Part shown: piece by piece, positions 28,006 through 38,185 of the stretch | How positions within the stretch are numbered: the first letter of the stretch is position 1 | How the letters are laid out: every line of letters begins with the position of its first letter | Origin: an uncultured Gammaproteobacteria bacterium | GTDB taxonomy: Bacteria; Pseudomonadota; Gammaproteobacteria; Ga0077536 | Direction: 5' to 3' | NCBI GenBank assembly: GCA_964642505.1 | Contig: CAZXQY010000004.1 | Span: 1 to 60,829, forward strand | DNA: 60,829 bases | Made by a program: the position numbers and the translations under genes | The notes under the pieces: generated by a model | Database searches by the model: none | What the model was told of the DNA's origin: nothing | The model's input: the letters and a program-made list of their open reading frames with translations, nothing else

Positions 28006-30114
28006 TTAATTATCGATAATAAAATTTCCATATTCATCCATACAGATTAACTGTTCGGGATGAACTACAATGGAAGTGGTATCCGTCTCAATTACACAAG
28101 GTCCTTCTAGACTGTTGCCGGGATCAATTAGATATCCATCATAGATGGGGGTTTTTTCTATTTTCTTCTTTTCGTCCCAGTAAATGTCTCTCTTACCTCT
28201 AAAAGCCTCTTTTGTTACTTTTTTCTTAGAAGTATTTTTCCTTAATATGGCAGGTTTCTTAGTAATAGCTGATGCTCTTGATCGAAAGGTAACAGCTTCT
28301 AATTTCGACCCGGGCAAAGACGATCCTTTTCCATATTGTTGTTCATAAGTGGCAATGAATTTAGATTGCAGTTTAAGTAGCTCTTTTTTAGACAGTTTTT
28401 TTCCACTCAAGGGCACTTCTACTTCGTTTATTTGGCCCTTGTGCCGTATGTCTATAGAGAACGATAAACTGCGGGATTCCTCAGGAACCGAGTCATCGTC
28501 CAATTGTTCAGTTCCTTTTTTACAAAGTAAATTTAGGGTCGAATTTATTTCTTCTAGCTCGAAAGGAGATGACATGATATTTACTTTTTCATTGACGTGA
28601 CTGATGTCTGCGGAGGCCGCGCCGAAGGCGCACCAGACAGCAGCGGCGTCTCCGAAGGGGACGTAAATTTTTTGAATTCCTAGTTCTCGCGCGGCGACCC
28701 CCATGTGCACCGGTCCCGCTCCTCCAAACGCGAAAATCACAAAGTCTCGAGGATCTAGCCCTTTTTGTACGGTCACTTTTCGGATTAGGTCTGCCATCTG
28801 GAATTCCGCGATAGTGGTGGCTCCACTGGAGAATTCATATTCATCCATATCAAGTTTTCGTGCTAAGTTCTTGATAGCATCTACGGTGTTTTTTCTATTA
28901 AGTTTGATCGATCCACCAGCGAAATTGTTTTCGTCTAAATAACCCAGTACAAGATCGGCGTCAGTCAACGTAGGTTCGATGCCTCCTTTGTCATAGCAGA
29001 CTGGGCCGGGATCCGCACCGGCACTGTCGGGGCCAACTGTTAGTCGTTTCGTCAGTGTATCGACTTTTATCTTGCTTCCCCCACCTGTACCTAAGGTTTG
29101 GACATCTACTTTAGGAAGGAAATATTCATATTGGTGCACAAGACTTTTGTACGACACACTCGGTTTTAGATCGTAGATAACGCCGACGTCAAATGAAGTG
29201 CCACCTAAATCTGTGGTGATGACATTGGGGGTTCCAATTTCAGAGCCTAACCTGACTGAACCGGTTACACCAGAGACAGGACCAGAATCGAGGGTTAGTA
29301 AAGGCGCTTCTAGAGCCTTAGATACCGAAATTGTGCCGCCAGCACATTGGGATATTTGTAACGGCTTCTTGTATCCCATGTCGGAGAGTTTTTGATCTAG
29401 CCGATTGACATAGCCGACGGTGATCGGTCCAATATAGGCGTTCAAAGCGACGGCTGTTGTTCGTTCGTACTCACCCCATTTCGGTACCAGTTCCGAAGAA
29501 CAGGTTACATAGGTTTTGGGTGATAGCGTATTTACCATCTCTTTTATTTTCTTCTCATGTTTGGGCTCAAGGAATGACCAGAGGCAACAAATCGCTATTG
29601 AATCGCAGCCAAGTTCTAATAATTCTTTGATACTTTCGGAGGCTTCTTCGGCATTGAGGTTTACGATAGTACTGCCCATACAGTCGATTCGTTCAGATAC
29701 GCCTCTGATTAACCGTTTAGGAACTATAGGGTCAGGCTTCGTGCTTTCCGGAATATGAACTATCAGTTTAATATCTTGAGCAGACAGTCCTCGAGAGCCT
29801 CTCATGATATGGATCACATCATTGTGACCTTTTGTGGTAATCAATCCAACGCAGGCACCTTTTCTTTGAATTATCGCATTTGTACCTACTGTAGTACCGT
29901 GTATTAGTATATCTAGAGACTCTAAAAGAACATCTAGTGAGAGTCCTAGTTTTTCTGCAGCTCCCTTGATGGCGTTTACCACTCCTTTCGAAAAATCTTC
30001 TGGGGTCGAAGAAGATTTAGAAACGGTGATTTTCCCCTTACGGTCAATGAGAACACAATCCGTAAATGTTCCTCCGATATCTAGGCCGCATAAAAAAGTC
30101 GAAGATTTAGACAT
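28006..30114 (-). CDS. Hydantoinase A/oxoprolinase-family ATP-binding subunit
   Basis: DIGGTFTD, HGTT, EYERT, SGP, DLGGTSFD, SAGADPGP, FGGAGPVH. Confidence 0.92.
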   Translation of the reverse strand: MSKSSTFLCGLDIGGTFTDCVLIDRKGKITVSKSSSTPEDFSKGVVNAIKGAAEKLGLSLDVLLESLDILIHGTTVGTNAIIQRKGACVGLITTKGHNDVIHIMRGSRGLSAQDIKLIVHIPESTKPDPIVPKRLIRGVSERIDCMGSTIVNLNAEEASESIKELLELGCDSIAICCLWSFLEPKHEKKIKEMVNTLSPKTYVTCSSELVPKWGEYERTTAVALNAYIGPITVGYVNRLDQKLSDMGYKKPLQISQCAGGTISVSKALEAPLLTLDSGPVSGVTGSVRLGSEIGTPNVITTDLGGTSFDVGVIYDLKPSVSYKSLVHQYEYFLPKVDVQTLGTGGGSKIKVDTLTKRLTVGPDSAGADPGPVCYDKGGIEPTLTDADLVLGYLDENNFAGGSIKLNRKNTVDAIKNLARKLDMDEYEFSSGATTIAEFQMADLIRKVTVQKGLDPRDFVIFAFGGAGPVHMGVAARELGIQKIYVPFGDAAAVWCAFGAASADISHVNEKVNIMSSPFELEEINSTLNLLCKKGTEQLDDDSVPEESRSLSFSIDIRHKGQINEVEVPLSGKKLSKKELLKLQSKFIATYEQQYGKGSSLPGSKLEAVTFRSRASAITKKPAILRKNTSKKKVTKEAFRGKRDIYWDEKKKIEKTPIYDGYLIDPGNSLEGPCVIETDTTSIVVHPEQLICMDEYGNFIIDN

Positions 30115-30242
30115 TATTTATTTCGTTCCAGGCATTTTATTCAATTTATCCCCGCATTCTTTGTCATTTTATCAGAATTGTACTGTAGTAGAACTTTTCG
30201 GCTTCTTTGGAAAAGAATTTATTTTAGGTTCGGCTGTTCTAA

Positions 30243-30257
30243 GTATAAAATTTATAC
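30243..30257. promoter_or_regulatory. Perfect palindrome GTATAAA-A-TTTATAC in divergent intergenic region
   Basis: 7-bp inverted repeat with 1-nt spacer between divergent hydantoinase A and crotonase genes. Confidence 0.35.
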
Positions 30258-30286
30258 ATAAACTTCTTTTTATTGGGAGATGATCT

Positions 30287-31081
30287 ATGGGTTATGGGAC
30301 GATAAATGCGTGCAATACAGAGGTTGGGATAACTACTATTAGTTTAAATCGACAAGATACTGGGAACGCCTACAATGGGCAAATGATCGAAGAACTATTA
30401 GCTGAGTTTAGCCGAATTTCTGAAGACCCGACCATTCGAGTCGTTATTATTCGCGGCGAAGGAAAAAATTTCCAGTGTGGTGCGGATATCAATTGGTTGG
30501 AAAAAGTAAGATGCAGTGGGAAATCAGAGAACGAGTCTGTGTCTCTGAAAACCTGTCAAATGATGCGCGAGTTGAATTCACTCAGGAAGCCGACCATTGC
30601 GACTGTTCAAGGTCTCTGTGCTGGCGGTGGCACCGGTTTGGTCGCCGCTTGTGATGTCGTGATTGCGGAGGAAACTGCGAGCTTTTCGATAAGCGAGGCT
30701 CGATGGGGTGTCAGCGCTTCCATCATATTCCCGATGTTGAATGCGGCGATAGGAGTTCGGAATGTTAGACGCTATGCGTTGACAACCGAACGTTTTGATG
30801 CGAACCAAGCGCGATTTATCGGTTTAGTGCATGAGGTCGTGGGGTCTGGGGATTTGGAGGCGCATTCAAATATTTTAGCGAAAGAGATTTTAAAATCTGC
30901 CCCACGAGCTACTGAAATAACAAAAACCGGAATCCTGCATTCTTCTTGGTCGGCGACTTCTGATATTTTCGACTCTCTAATGTTGGACCATGCTTCGATT
31001 CGACAAAGCGAGGAGGCGAAAGAAGGATTTAGGAGCTTTTTTGAAAAACGAGACGCGGTATGGGATAAGATCCATTTTTAA
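30287..31081 (+). CDS. Enoyl-CoA hydratase/crotonase family (methylglutaconyl-CoA hydratase-like)
   Basis: FQCGADI, GGGTGLVAACD, FSISEARWG, EAKEG..SFFEKR. Confidence 0.85.
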   Translation: MGYGTINACNTEVGITTISLNRQDTGNAYNGQMIEELLAEFSRISEDPTIRVVIIRGEGKNFQCGADINWLEKVRCSGKSENESVSLKTCQMMRELNSLRKPTIATVQGLCAGGGTGLVAACDVVIAEETASFSISEARWGVSASIIFPMLNAAIGVRNVRRYALTTERFDANQARFIGLVHEVVGSGDLEAHSNILAKEILKSAPRATEITKTGILHSSWSATSDIFDSLMLDHASIRQSEEAKEGFRSFFEKRDAVWDKIHF

Positions 31082-31082
31082 T

Positions 31083-31850
31083 TTATTCTCGAGCGATCGG
31101 TGTTTTATGTGTAACTATTACTTTTAAGGTCGCTTTTAGAGAGAATCTCGTTTGGATAATGTGCAGGCCGTGCTGATTTAATAGCTGAGATAAATTTTCT
31201 TTATTGAAATAATAAAGGTGTTCTGAGGGTTTAATTTCTTTCCAAAATTTTAGATGTCGCGGTACGGTCCAGTGTCCTATATCGGGCGTGACTAAATCTA
31301 TTAACCCTCTTGGTGCTAAAAGTCGTTTCATTTCTGCTGTAAAGGTGTGAAGGTTTTCTACGTGTTCAATCACGTCGTAGGCAGATATAACATCAAAGGA
31401 TTGTGCTTGGAAACAAAGTTCTTCCAAAGTGCCTAATTGGACAGTACTCAGATTCAAGTTTTTCTTCGCATAAGCTATTCCTTCGGGATCTATATCGATC
31501 CCGAATCCTTCGAATCCGTCATCTCGACACGCTTTTACGATGAACCCGGCAGAACATCCAATATCAAGCCATCTGCCGTTTCTTCTGAGTCTATTTTTTA
31601 TTCGTCTTACATGTCGTTTAGCCCGCTTAATCTTTTTCACAAATTTCTTTTGGTAAGAGTCGCTATAACCGCGTAGGTACGTAGACCGAATGGTTTTAGT
31701 ATTCGGTTTCGGGTTAATGTGAGTGAGTTGGCAATTGCCGCAACGAACAAATCGTTCTCTTTCTAGTGAAAATAGTTCTTCCAGTCTGGAAGATAGGCAA
31801 AGAGGACAAGGCTCGAGAGAGTTATCTGCGTGAGAATTTTGAAGATTCAT
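31083..31850 (-). CDS. Class I SAM-dependent methyltransferase with N-terminal CxxC...CxxC
   Basis: CPLC/CGNC, LDIGCSAG, FDVI..DVIEH, EHLYYF. Confidence 0.88.
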   Translation of the reverse strand: MNLQNSHADNSLEPCPLCLSSRLEELFSLERERFVRCGNCQLTHINPKPNTKTIRSTYLRGYSDSYQKKFVKKIKRAKRHVRRIKNRLRRNGRWLDIGCSAGFIVKACRDDGFEGFGIDIDPEGIAYAKKNLNLSTVQLGTLEELCFQAQSFDVISAYDVIEHVENLHTFTAEMKRLLAPRGLIDLVTPDIGHWTVPRHLKFWKEIKPSEHLYYFNKENLSQLLNQHGLHIIQTRFSLKATLKVIVTHKTPIARE

Positions 31851-31941
31851 AAATACGACTAGTTGTTTTCTCGTGATCGGGATTGCGTTACATCTTTATA
31901 GTAGTATACCTAGTTTAGAGTATCGACGGGGAGATATTAGT

Positions 31942-32745
31942 TTGCTTTTTAAACCCAGTGGATTGATAACGTTGACGACTGACTTCGGCCATCGAGGACC
32001 ATTTATAGGAGTAATGAAGGGAGTGATAATAGACAGATGTCCAAAGGCTTCTGTCATAGATTTAACGCATGAATGTTTGGTCCATTGGCCCGCGGAGGCA
32101 GGTTTTTGGATTGCGCGGTCCTATTCTTTTTTCGCAGCAGGTACGGTGCACCTAGCGGTAGTAGATCCAGGAGTCGGTACTAAGAGAGGGCTTTTAATAA
32201 TATTATTGGATGGGCATATTTTTTTAGGCCCCAACAATGGTCTGTTTGCAGAAATCGCAGATAGACCAGACTCTATTGTAAGACTAATGTCAACCCAAAT
32301 CATAGAAAAGTACCGTCTTCCGAGTGACAGTAACACCTTTCATGGTAGAGATATTCTGGCGCCCATTGCGGCGGCACTTGTGGCCGGAACGTTACGTTTT
32401 GAAGAGTGTGGAATTGAGTTCGAGGATTACGTAGGGGACATCGTCGAAAAACCGGAATATTTTTCAGGATCTCTGACTGGACAGGTGATAACAACAGACA
32501 ATTTCGGAAATTTAATCACTAATATTTCTCGGGAGGCACTCGGTGATTTCCGTGATCCTCGCATCGTGGCTGGAGGTGAAGAAATCGAATTAAAAAAAAC
32601 TTATGGTGATGTGGTGCCAGGTCAATATCTGGCGTTGATAAACTCTCTAGAAATGTTAGAGATCGCCTGTTCGGAAAGAAACGCGATGGAGATGCTAGGA
32701 ATAGGGCGCGGGGCTCCCGTAAAAATTGTTGAGGGTATCTACTAG
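31942..32745 (+). CDS. SAM hydroxide adenosyltransferase (SAM hydrolase, DUF62)
   Basis: LTTDFG, VVDPGVGTKR, TFHGRD, DNFGN; TTG start after GGGGAG RBS (ORF track starts at 31873). Confidence 0.88.
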   Translation: MLFKPSGLITLTTDFGHRGPFIGVMKGVIIDRCPKASVIDLTHECLVHWPAEAGFWIARSYSFFAAGTVHLAVVDPGVGTKRGLLIILLDGHIFLGPNNGLFAEIADRPDSIVRLMSTQIIEKYRLPSDSNTFHGRDILAPIAAALVAGTLRFEECGIEFEDYVGDIVEKPEYFSGSLTGQVITTDNFGNLITNISREALGDFRDPRIVAGGEEIELKKTYGDVVPGQYLALINSLEMLEIACSERNAMEMLGIGRGAPVKIVEGIY

Positions 32746-32764
32746 AAGCTAGCGTTTAACAGAC

Positions 32765-33493
32765 TTAATAATGCCTCAGATCTATATAGCTGCCCGAATC
32801 TAGTTGAGATATTTCCTTCAGTCTTTTTATCAACGTCGTTGCTACCTTTTCAGGTGTGGGAAGTAAGTTATCCTCATATGCCTTAAACATTTTTTTGAGA
32901 GAAGGAAATTCGGTCCCATCATTTTTTCTAATTAATGCTTGCATTTTTGTGTCAATTAATCCAGGAGCTACCGCGCTAATGTGGGAGCCTGGAAACTCGT
33001 GTGCATAGAGTTTTGCTATCATGTTAAGACAAGATTTTGAAATCGCATAAGCACCCCAGCCATAATTAGCGTTTTTTGAAGCGCCTGAAGAGATCAGGAC
33101 GATTTGTTTAGGAACGTGGTTAAACTTAAGAAACCAGTCTAGAATCATTTTATTTGACCAAACATTTGTGTCCATAGTCTTTTTCAAAACATCAAGTTTC
33201 AATTTTTTCAGTGGGCTTATCGGTCCTAGTTCGGCGGCGTTTAGAAATAAGACTTCTAGTGATTTATTTTTTAACTTTAGGGCTTCTAAGGCCGGCTCAA
33301 TATCCTGGTGTCCAGACAGGTCGAGTTTCTCTTCATGGAGCCGAGGATGTTTTCTCTCTGAGAAATTGCGTGACAATCCAAAAACTGTCGCGTTATGATC
33401 CAGATAGTGCTTGGCAATTGCCAAGCCCAGTCCACTTGTATGGCCAGTTATAAAAACGTTCAAATTAGTAGATTGGTTTTTATTTTTTAACAT
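32765..33493 (-). CDS. Short-chain dehydrogenase/reductase (benzil/sepiapterin reductase-like)
   Basis: TGHTSGLG, ISSGA, YAISK, APGLIDTKMQ. Confidence 0.88.
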   Translation of the reverse strand: MLKNKNQSTNLNVFITGHTSGLGLAIAKHYLDHNATVFGLSRNFSERKHPRLHEEKLDLSGHQDIEPALEALKLKNKSLEVLFLNAAELGPISPLKKLKLDVLKKTMDTNVWSNKMILDWFLKFNHVPKQIVLISSGASKNANYGWGAYAISKSCLNMIAKLYAHEFPGSHISAVAPGLIDTKMQALIRKNDGTEFPSLKKMFKAYEDNLLPTPEKVATTLIKRLKEISQLDSGSYIDLRHY

Positions 33494-33514
33494 AATTGGA
33501 TTTACCTCATCCAG

Positions 33515-34672
33515 ATGAATCTTACAGGTTTAACAATTCAGTCGCTACGATTACGGAAAGGCGCGAAATGGAACAACTATGGCGAGAGTATTATACCCGC
33601 TTGGGTTGCTGATATGGATTTTCCGGTTGCCGACGCAATTACTGAGGCATTGTCTGAACGGATAACCCGCTCAGATTTTGGATATCCAGTGACCGCGAGC
33701 GATACGAAGTTACCGGAACTATTTTGCCAGCGAATGTTTAGTCGTTTCCGATGGGATATAAATTTGAGTGAAGTTTTGCTGTTAACAGACGTTGTACAGG
33801 GACTGTACCATTCTCTTTTTACTTTTTCTGGCCGAGGTGAAGGTGTAATTGTTCAGACCCCTATCTATCCACCCTTTTTAGAATCGGTCAGAGATTTGGA
33901 CAGGAAATTAGTTCCTAATCCTCTCGCGGTGGAATGTGATCGATATAGTATAGATTTTGATCATCTCTATTACTGCTTAAAAGAAAAACCAAAAATTTTA
34001 ATGTTCTGCAATCCTCATAATCCCTCCGGGCGGGCCTTTACTCTGGAAGAACTTGAAAAGCTAGCAACATTTGCATGCCGCAATAATCTAACAGTAATTT
34101 CTGACGAAATTCATTCCGATCTGATATTAGGTTCTAAACCACATATTCCTTTAGCATCGCTAGATCCAGAAATCGCTGAACGGACTATAACATTCATGTC
34201 TGCTAGCAAATCATTTAATATCGCTGGTCTTTGCTTGGCTTTCACGCATTTTGGATCTGAGAGTCTGCAGCGAACATTCAAAAGTTTGCCTAGACATATG
34301 AGTGGTGGTTTAAACACTTTGAGTTTGGCAGCTGTTGAAGCCGCTTGGACTGGAGGAGAAAAATGGTTGTCGGATGTTTTAAAGCAATTACGAAATAATC
34401 GTGATCGCTTAAAAGAACAAGTGGAACAACGGTGGCCCATGGTTAATTATTTCCCAGGCGAAGCGACTTATCTGGCCTGGCTTGATATGCGTGATGTTGG
34501 TCCTGGAGAAAAAATGGCACAATATTTTTTGAAAAATGGTTATGTCGCTTTATCCGAAGGGGAGACTTTCGGGGCGGAGGGGAGGGGTTTCGTAAGGCTT
34601 AATTTCGCTACATCCTGGGATCTGTTGTCGACTATTTTGGAGCGTATGGATTCTGTAATTCAGAATGGATGA
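33515..34672 (+). CDS. MalY/PatB family PLP enzyme (cystathionine beta-lyase-like)
   Basis: WVADMDF, CNPHNPSG, SDEIHSDL, SKSFN, TYLAWLD. Confidence 0.9.
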   Translation: MNLTGLTIQSLRLRKGAKWNNYGESIIPAWVADMDFPVADAITEALSERITRSDFGYPVTASDTKLPELFCQRMFSRFRWDINLSEVLLLTDVVQGLYHSLFTFSGRGEGVIVQTPIYPPFLESVRDLDRKLVPNPLAVECDRYSIDFDHLYYCLKEKPKILMFCNPHNPSGRAFTLEELEKLATFACRNNLTVISDEIHSDLILGSKPHIPLASLDPEIAERTITFMSASKSFNIAGLCLAFTHFGSESLQRTFKSLPRHMSGGLNTLSLAAVEAAWTGGEKWLSDVLKQLRNNRDRLKEQVEQRWPMVNYFPGEATYLAWLDMRDVGPGEKMAQYFLKNGYVALSEGETFGAEGRGFVRLNFATSWDLLSTILERMDSVIQNG

Positions 34673-34700
34673 GTTTCGGCAAATAGTTATTAGTCAATAA

Positions 34701-36167
34701 TTAAAGCTCGGACACCCAGGTCATTAATGCTTCTTGAAAATTTGGCCCGGATGCTCGATCTACGTTAGGGTGATTAGCAATAAAAACGACGGAAAACACT
34801 TTTCCGGATTTCCCGAATACATAACCGCCAACGGAAGAAACATTTTTTAAGGTTCCTGTTTTTACTCTTATCCGATTTTCTGTTTTACTGCCGCGGAATC
34901 TTTTCCTTGTGGTACCATCTTCGCCTGCGATCGATAAGGACGAGATGAATTCGGGCATAATTTGGCTTCTCCAGGCTTTTCTTAATACGTCGTTAATTAA
35001 ATTTGTGGTAACGCGGGTAGAACGAGACAATCCAGAGCCATTTTCGATATGTAATTGTTTTATGTCGATGTTTCGATCGGAAAGGTATTTTCCAATATAT
35101 TTTATTCCCTTTTTTCTTGTTCCCGGCGGCCCGAGAATTTCCGCGCCTATAGTATAAACCAAAGAGCGAGCCATCAAGTTATTACTCCATTTATTTAGTC
35201 GTAAGACTATTTCCGCGAGAGATTTAGAGTTCCATTGGTGAAATAATTTTCTTTCCATAAAAGGGTCGTGTTTTGCCTTTACATAATTACCGCTAATACT
35301 ACCACCCCATTGGTTAATCAGAAGTTTGAAGAGTCCGTATAGATAAGCCTCCGGACTAAGGGCAGTGCGAGATAAAGTATAGTTTTTGCAGGATTTAGGT
35401 AGGCTGCCAGAAATTTCAACGATATCTTGTTTGTTTTTCTTAAAGTAATTGAATTTAATATTAGGGTTGTTTCCACGGCATGGCTTGTTAGAAACCTCGA
35501 CAGAATTTAAAATTCGAAGATTCGGTAATTGGGGAACAGTAGTGATACGAGTACGTTCGCCATCCGAGGAAGGGTTTATCACGAAGTTTATCCATTTAAA
35601 ATTAACCATGCTTGCATTAGGAGGTACGTTATAAAGTCTATCCTGACCACCGTCAATCGAACTCACATTAGACAAATCTGAGGAGAAATAACTTGAATCG
35701 ACGATGAGATCACCATTTACGTGCCTTAGTCCTTTTCGCGATAGTTCTCCGACTATGTGCCACAGATCCTCTACTACTAAATAAGGGTCACCGTAGCCTT
35801 TTATTAATAGATCACCTTCAAGAGCTCCATTTCTAATTGGACCGAGAGTGTATATTTCGGTTCGCCATTTGAAAGAAGGCCCTAATGTTTCAAGTGCTAC
35901 CCAAGTAGGGACGACTTTAATCAGAGATGCAGGAGCTCGGCTAACGTCGGCGTTTATAGAAACCAGAGGATCATTTTCGGCCACGGATTGAACTACTATG
36001 CTTATCGCATCTAAGGGTATGCCACTAGATTCAACTATGGTCGACAGGTCTTTTGGGAGTGCTGAAATTTTAGCGTTGATAGAGTCGCAAAATGTAAAAA
36101 TGAAGATCGCGAAGAGCGCAATCTTCGGATATCGACGAACGAAGGGAGGGTGTTTATTTTTCTTCAC
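34701..36167 (-). CDS. dacB: D-alanyl-D-alanine carboxypeptidase/endopeptidase PBP4
   Basis: PASLIK (SxxK), SNN, NGSGLSR, KTGTL. Confidence 0.92.
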   Translation of the reverse strand: MKKNKHPPFVRRYPKIALFAIFIFTFCDSINAKISALPKDLSTIVESSGIPLDAISIVVQSVAENDPLVSINADVSRAPASLIKVVPTWVALETLGPSFKWRTEIYTLGPIRNGALEGDLLIKGYGDPYLVVEDLWHIVGELSRKGLRHVNGDLIVDSSYFSSDLSNVSSIDGGQDRLYNVPPNASMVNFKWINFVINPSSDGERTRITTVPQLPNLRILNSVEVSNKPCRGNNPNIKFNYFKKNKQDIVEISGSLPKSCKNYTLSRTALSPEAYLYGLFKLLINQWGGSISGNYVKAKHDPFMERKLFHQWNSKSLAEIVLRLNKWSNNLMARSLVYTIGAEILGPPGTRKKGIKYIGKYLSDRNIDIKQLHIENGSGLSRSTRVTTNLINDVLRKAWRSQIMPEFISSLSIAGEDGTTRKRFRGSKTENRIRVKTGTLKNVSSVGGYVFGKSGKVFSVVFIANHPNVDRASGPNFQEALMTWVSEL

Positions 36168-36757
36168 TGTTCAGGGTTTTTTTGGCGGTTTTGAAAATGA
36201 TATTCCCCGTTCGGCTGCATATCCAAAGCGGCGGCCATACGGTTTGTCATGTTATAAAAAGACGCAACGGACGCGATATCCCAAATACTCTTTTCGTCGA
36301 ATCCCGCATCTCTCAATTTTTGTCGGTCTTCTTCGACTACATTCGATGGATCTTCGGTGAGTTTGCTAGCAAAATCTAGCATTGATTTGTGCCTCGGGGT
36401 CAAATCCACGCTCTTGTAATTCATTACCAATGCTTCCCCCAGCGTAGGATCATTCGCATATTCTCTAACCGACTTTCCATGGGCCGTTAGACAATAAAAA
36501 CAGTGATTTTTTGATGAAACTACTACTGCGATCATTTCTCTTTCTAAAGGACTTAAGCCGGTATCGGCAAACATAATAGCGTTATATATCTGGCTGAACG
36601 CATTGAATTGTTCCATATTGTGTGAGTAAGCCTGGAGTACGTTGGGAATTAATCCGAGTTTTTCTTTACACACCTTGAAGTACTTTTGAGTTTCGGCCGG
36701 TAAATCCTTCGCATCCGGGAGGTCAATTTTCAAGGCAATAATGGGCTTGGTCTTCAT
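36164..36757 (-). CDS. AhpD/CMD-family peroxidase-related enzyme
   Basis: EKLGLIPNV, EREMIAVVVS..NHCFYCLTAH, FYNMTNR. Confidence 0.9.
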   Translation of the reverse strand: MKTKPIIALKIDLPDAKDLPAETQKYFKVCKEKLGLIPNVLQAYSHNMEQFNAFSQIYNAIMFADTGLSPLEREMIAVVVSSKNHCFYCLTAHGKSVREYANDPTLGEALVMNYKSVDLTPRHKSMLDFASKLTEDPSNVVEEDRQKLRDAGFDEKSIWDIASVASFYNMTNRMAAALDMQPNGEYHFQNRQKNPEQ

Positions 36758-36873
36758 AATGTCAATATCCTTCTTTTTAGTTCGGCCGCTACTTCTATAA
36801 CAACACTTCGGGACAGTTTAACTTAGAGAACTAAAATAAGGTTACAAATTATCTATCCCCTGTATTTTGTGTT

Positions 36874-38085
36874 TTAGATGATTCCCTTTTTGATCAATAT
36901 CTCTATTTCTTCCTGGTTCATTCCTAATACGTTCTCGTAAATCTCGGTATTGTGAGAACCTAGTTCTGATCCAGGAAAGTCAGTTCCTCCTGGCGATCTG
37001 GATAAATGGGGCATAATCGCAGGTATTTGGATTTTTTTCCCGTTGATAGTTACTGCTTCAAATAGGTGTCGCGCTTTGAATTGGGGATCTTCCATCATGT
37101 CTTTGACGTCATAAATGGGTCCTGCCGCTACGCTAAATTGGTCCAATTTGGTGAGAGCATCTTCTGCCGACAAGGTTTTTGTCCAATCTTCTATAGCGGT
37201 ATCTAATTCTTCCTGGTAATCGACCCTTCCAGAGTTTTCAGCTAAGCGATCATCGTCTCCAATTTCCGGCCGATCCATGGCTTCAGTCAGTCTTTTAAAC
37301 ATCGAGTTGGTATTTGCCCCGATGACTATGTATTTTCCGTCTTTACACATATAAGTGTTGGTGGGGGCAATTCCCGTTATCGTGGATCCTGACGGTTGTC
37401 TTATCAACCCGCTTCCGCAGTATTCGGGAATTACGGCTTCGAGTAGGTTGAATACTGCCTCAAATATGGCTATATCTACGACTTGCCCTTTACCATCACG
37501 TTCTCGTTGTATATAGGCGATTAAAATGCCTAGGGCGGCGTGAATGCCCGCCAGCGTGTCACCTATACTCAGATTGGGTCGGACAGGCTTTTGCCCAGGA
37601 AAGCCGTTAACATGACGAAACCCACCGAAAGCTTCACATACCGAGGCGAAGCCTGCTTTTGTCGCATAAGGGCCTGTTTGTCCGTACCCAGAAATCCGGG
37701 CATAGATAAGTTTGTTATTTGTTTTTTCTAATGATGGGGGATCGATTCCCCATTTTTCCATAACCCCTGGTTTGAAATTTTCGACTAAAACGTCTGCTCT
37801 GTCGGCTAGCTGCCTAAAAACTTTCTGGCCTTCTTTAGTGTCGAGATTCAGAGTAATACATTTTTTGTTGCGGGCTAAGCTGGCCCACCAGTAAGATGTC
37901 CCCTTATAGACTTCTCTCCATCCTCTTATGGGGTCGCCTTTGTTAGGCGTTTCTACTTTGATTACCTCGGCTCCGAAATAACCTAGTATTGTTCCAGTAA
38001 AAGGACCTGCTAGTAATTGGCCTACTTCCAATACCCTTAGGCCTTCTAGGGGACGTGTTTGTTTAGTAGAGTGTTGCTCGTTCAT
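36874..38085 (-). CDS. CaiB/BaiF family III CoA-transferase
   Basis: LAGPF, GAEVIKVE, RNKK, ENFKPG, ISGYGQTGP. Confidence 0.92.
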   Translation of the reverse strand: MNEQHSTKQTRPLEGLRVLEVGQLLAGPFTGTILGYFGAEVIKVETPNKGDPIRGWREVYKGTSYWWASLARNKKCITLNLDTKEGQKVFRQLADRADVLVENFKPGVMEKWGIDPPSLEKTNNKLIYARISGYGQTGPYATKAGFASVCEAFGGFRHVNGFPGQKPVRPNLSIGDTLAGIHAALGILIAYIQRERDGKGQVVDIAIFEAVFNLLEAVIPEYCGSGLIRQPSGSTITGIAPTNTYMCKDGKYIVIGANTNSMFKRLTEAMDRPEIGDDDRLAENSGRVDYQEELDTAIEDWTKTLSAEDALTKLDQFSVAAGPIYDVKDMMEDPQFKARHLFEAVTINGKKIQIPAIMPHLSRSPGGTDFPGSELGSHNTEIYENVLGMNQEEIEILIKKGII

Positions 38086-38118
38086 TTACTATGTCTACGA
38101 TAATAATTTGTAGAGAGA

Positions 38119-38154
38119 AGTGCCCGTTCATCCATTTATTCAAGAACGGGCACT
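38119..38154. terminator. Inverted repeat, putative terminator/processing hairpin after the PuuD-like gene
   Basis: 11-bp perfect stem AGTGCCCGTTC / GAACGGGCACT, 14-nt loop; only weak U-tract. Confidence 0.55.
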
Positions 38155-38185
38155 CTTCATCTTCAGGTCTTAGAACAGCAGCGAT

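Noticed and set aside
31942-32745. Possible SAM-dependent fluorinase/chlorinase
   Set aside because: Has TFHGRD and DPGVGTKR (His/Asp/Arg hydrolase triad) rather than the halogenase-type Tyr-containing loop
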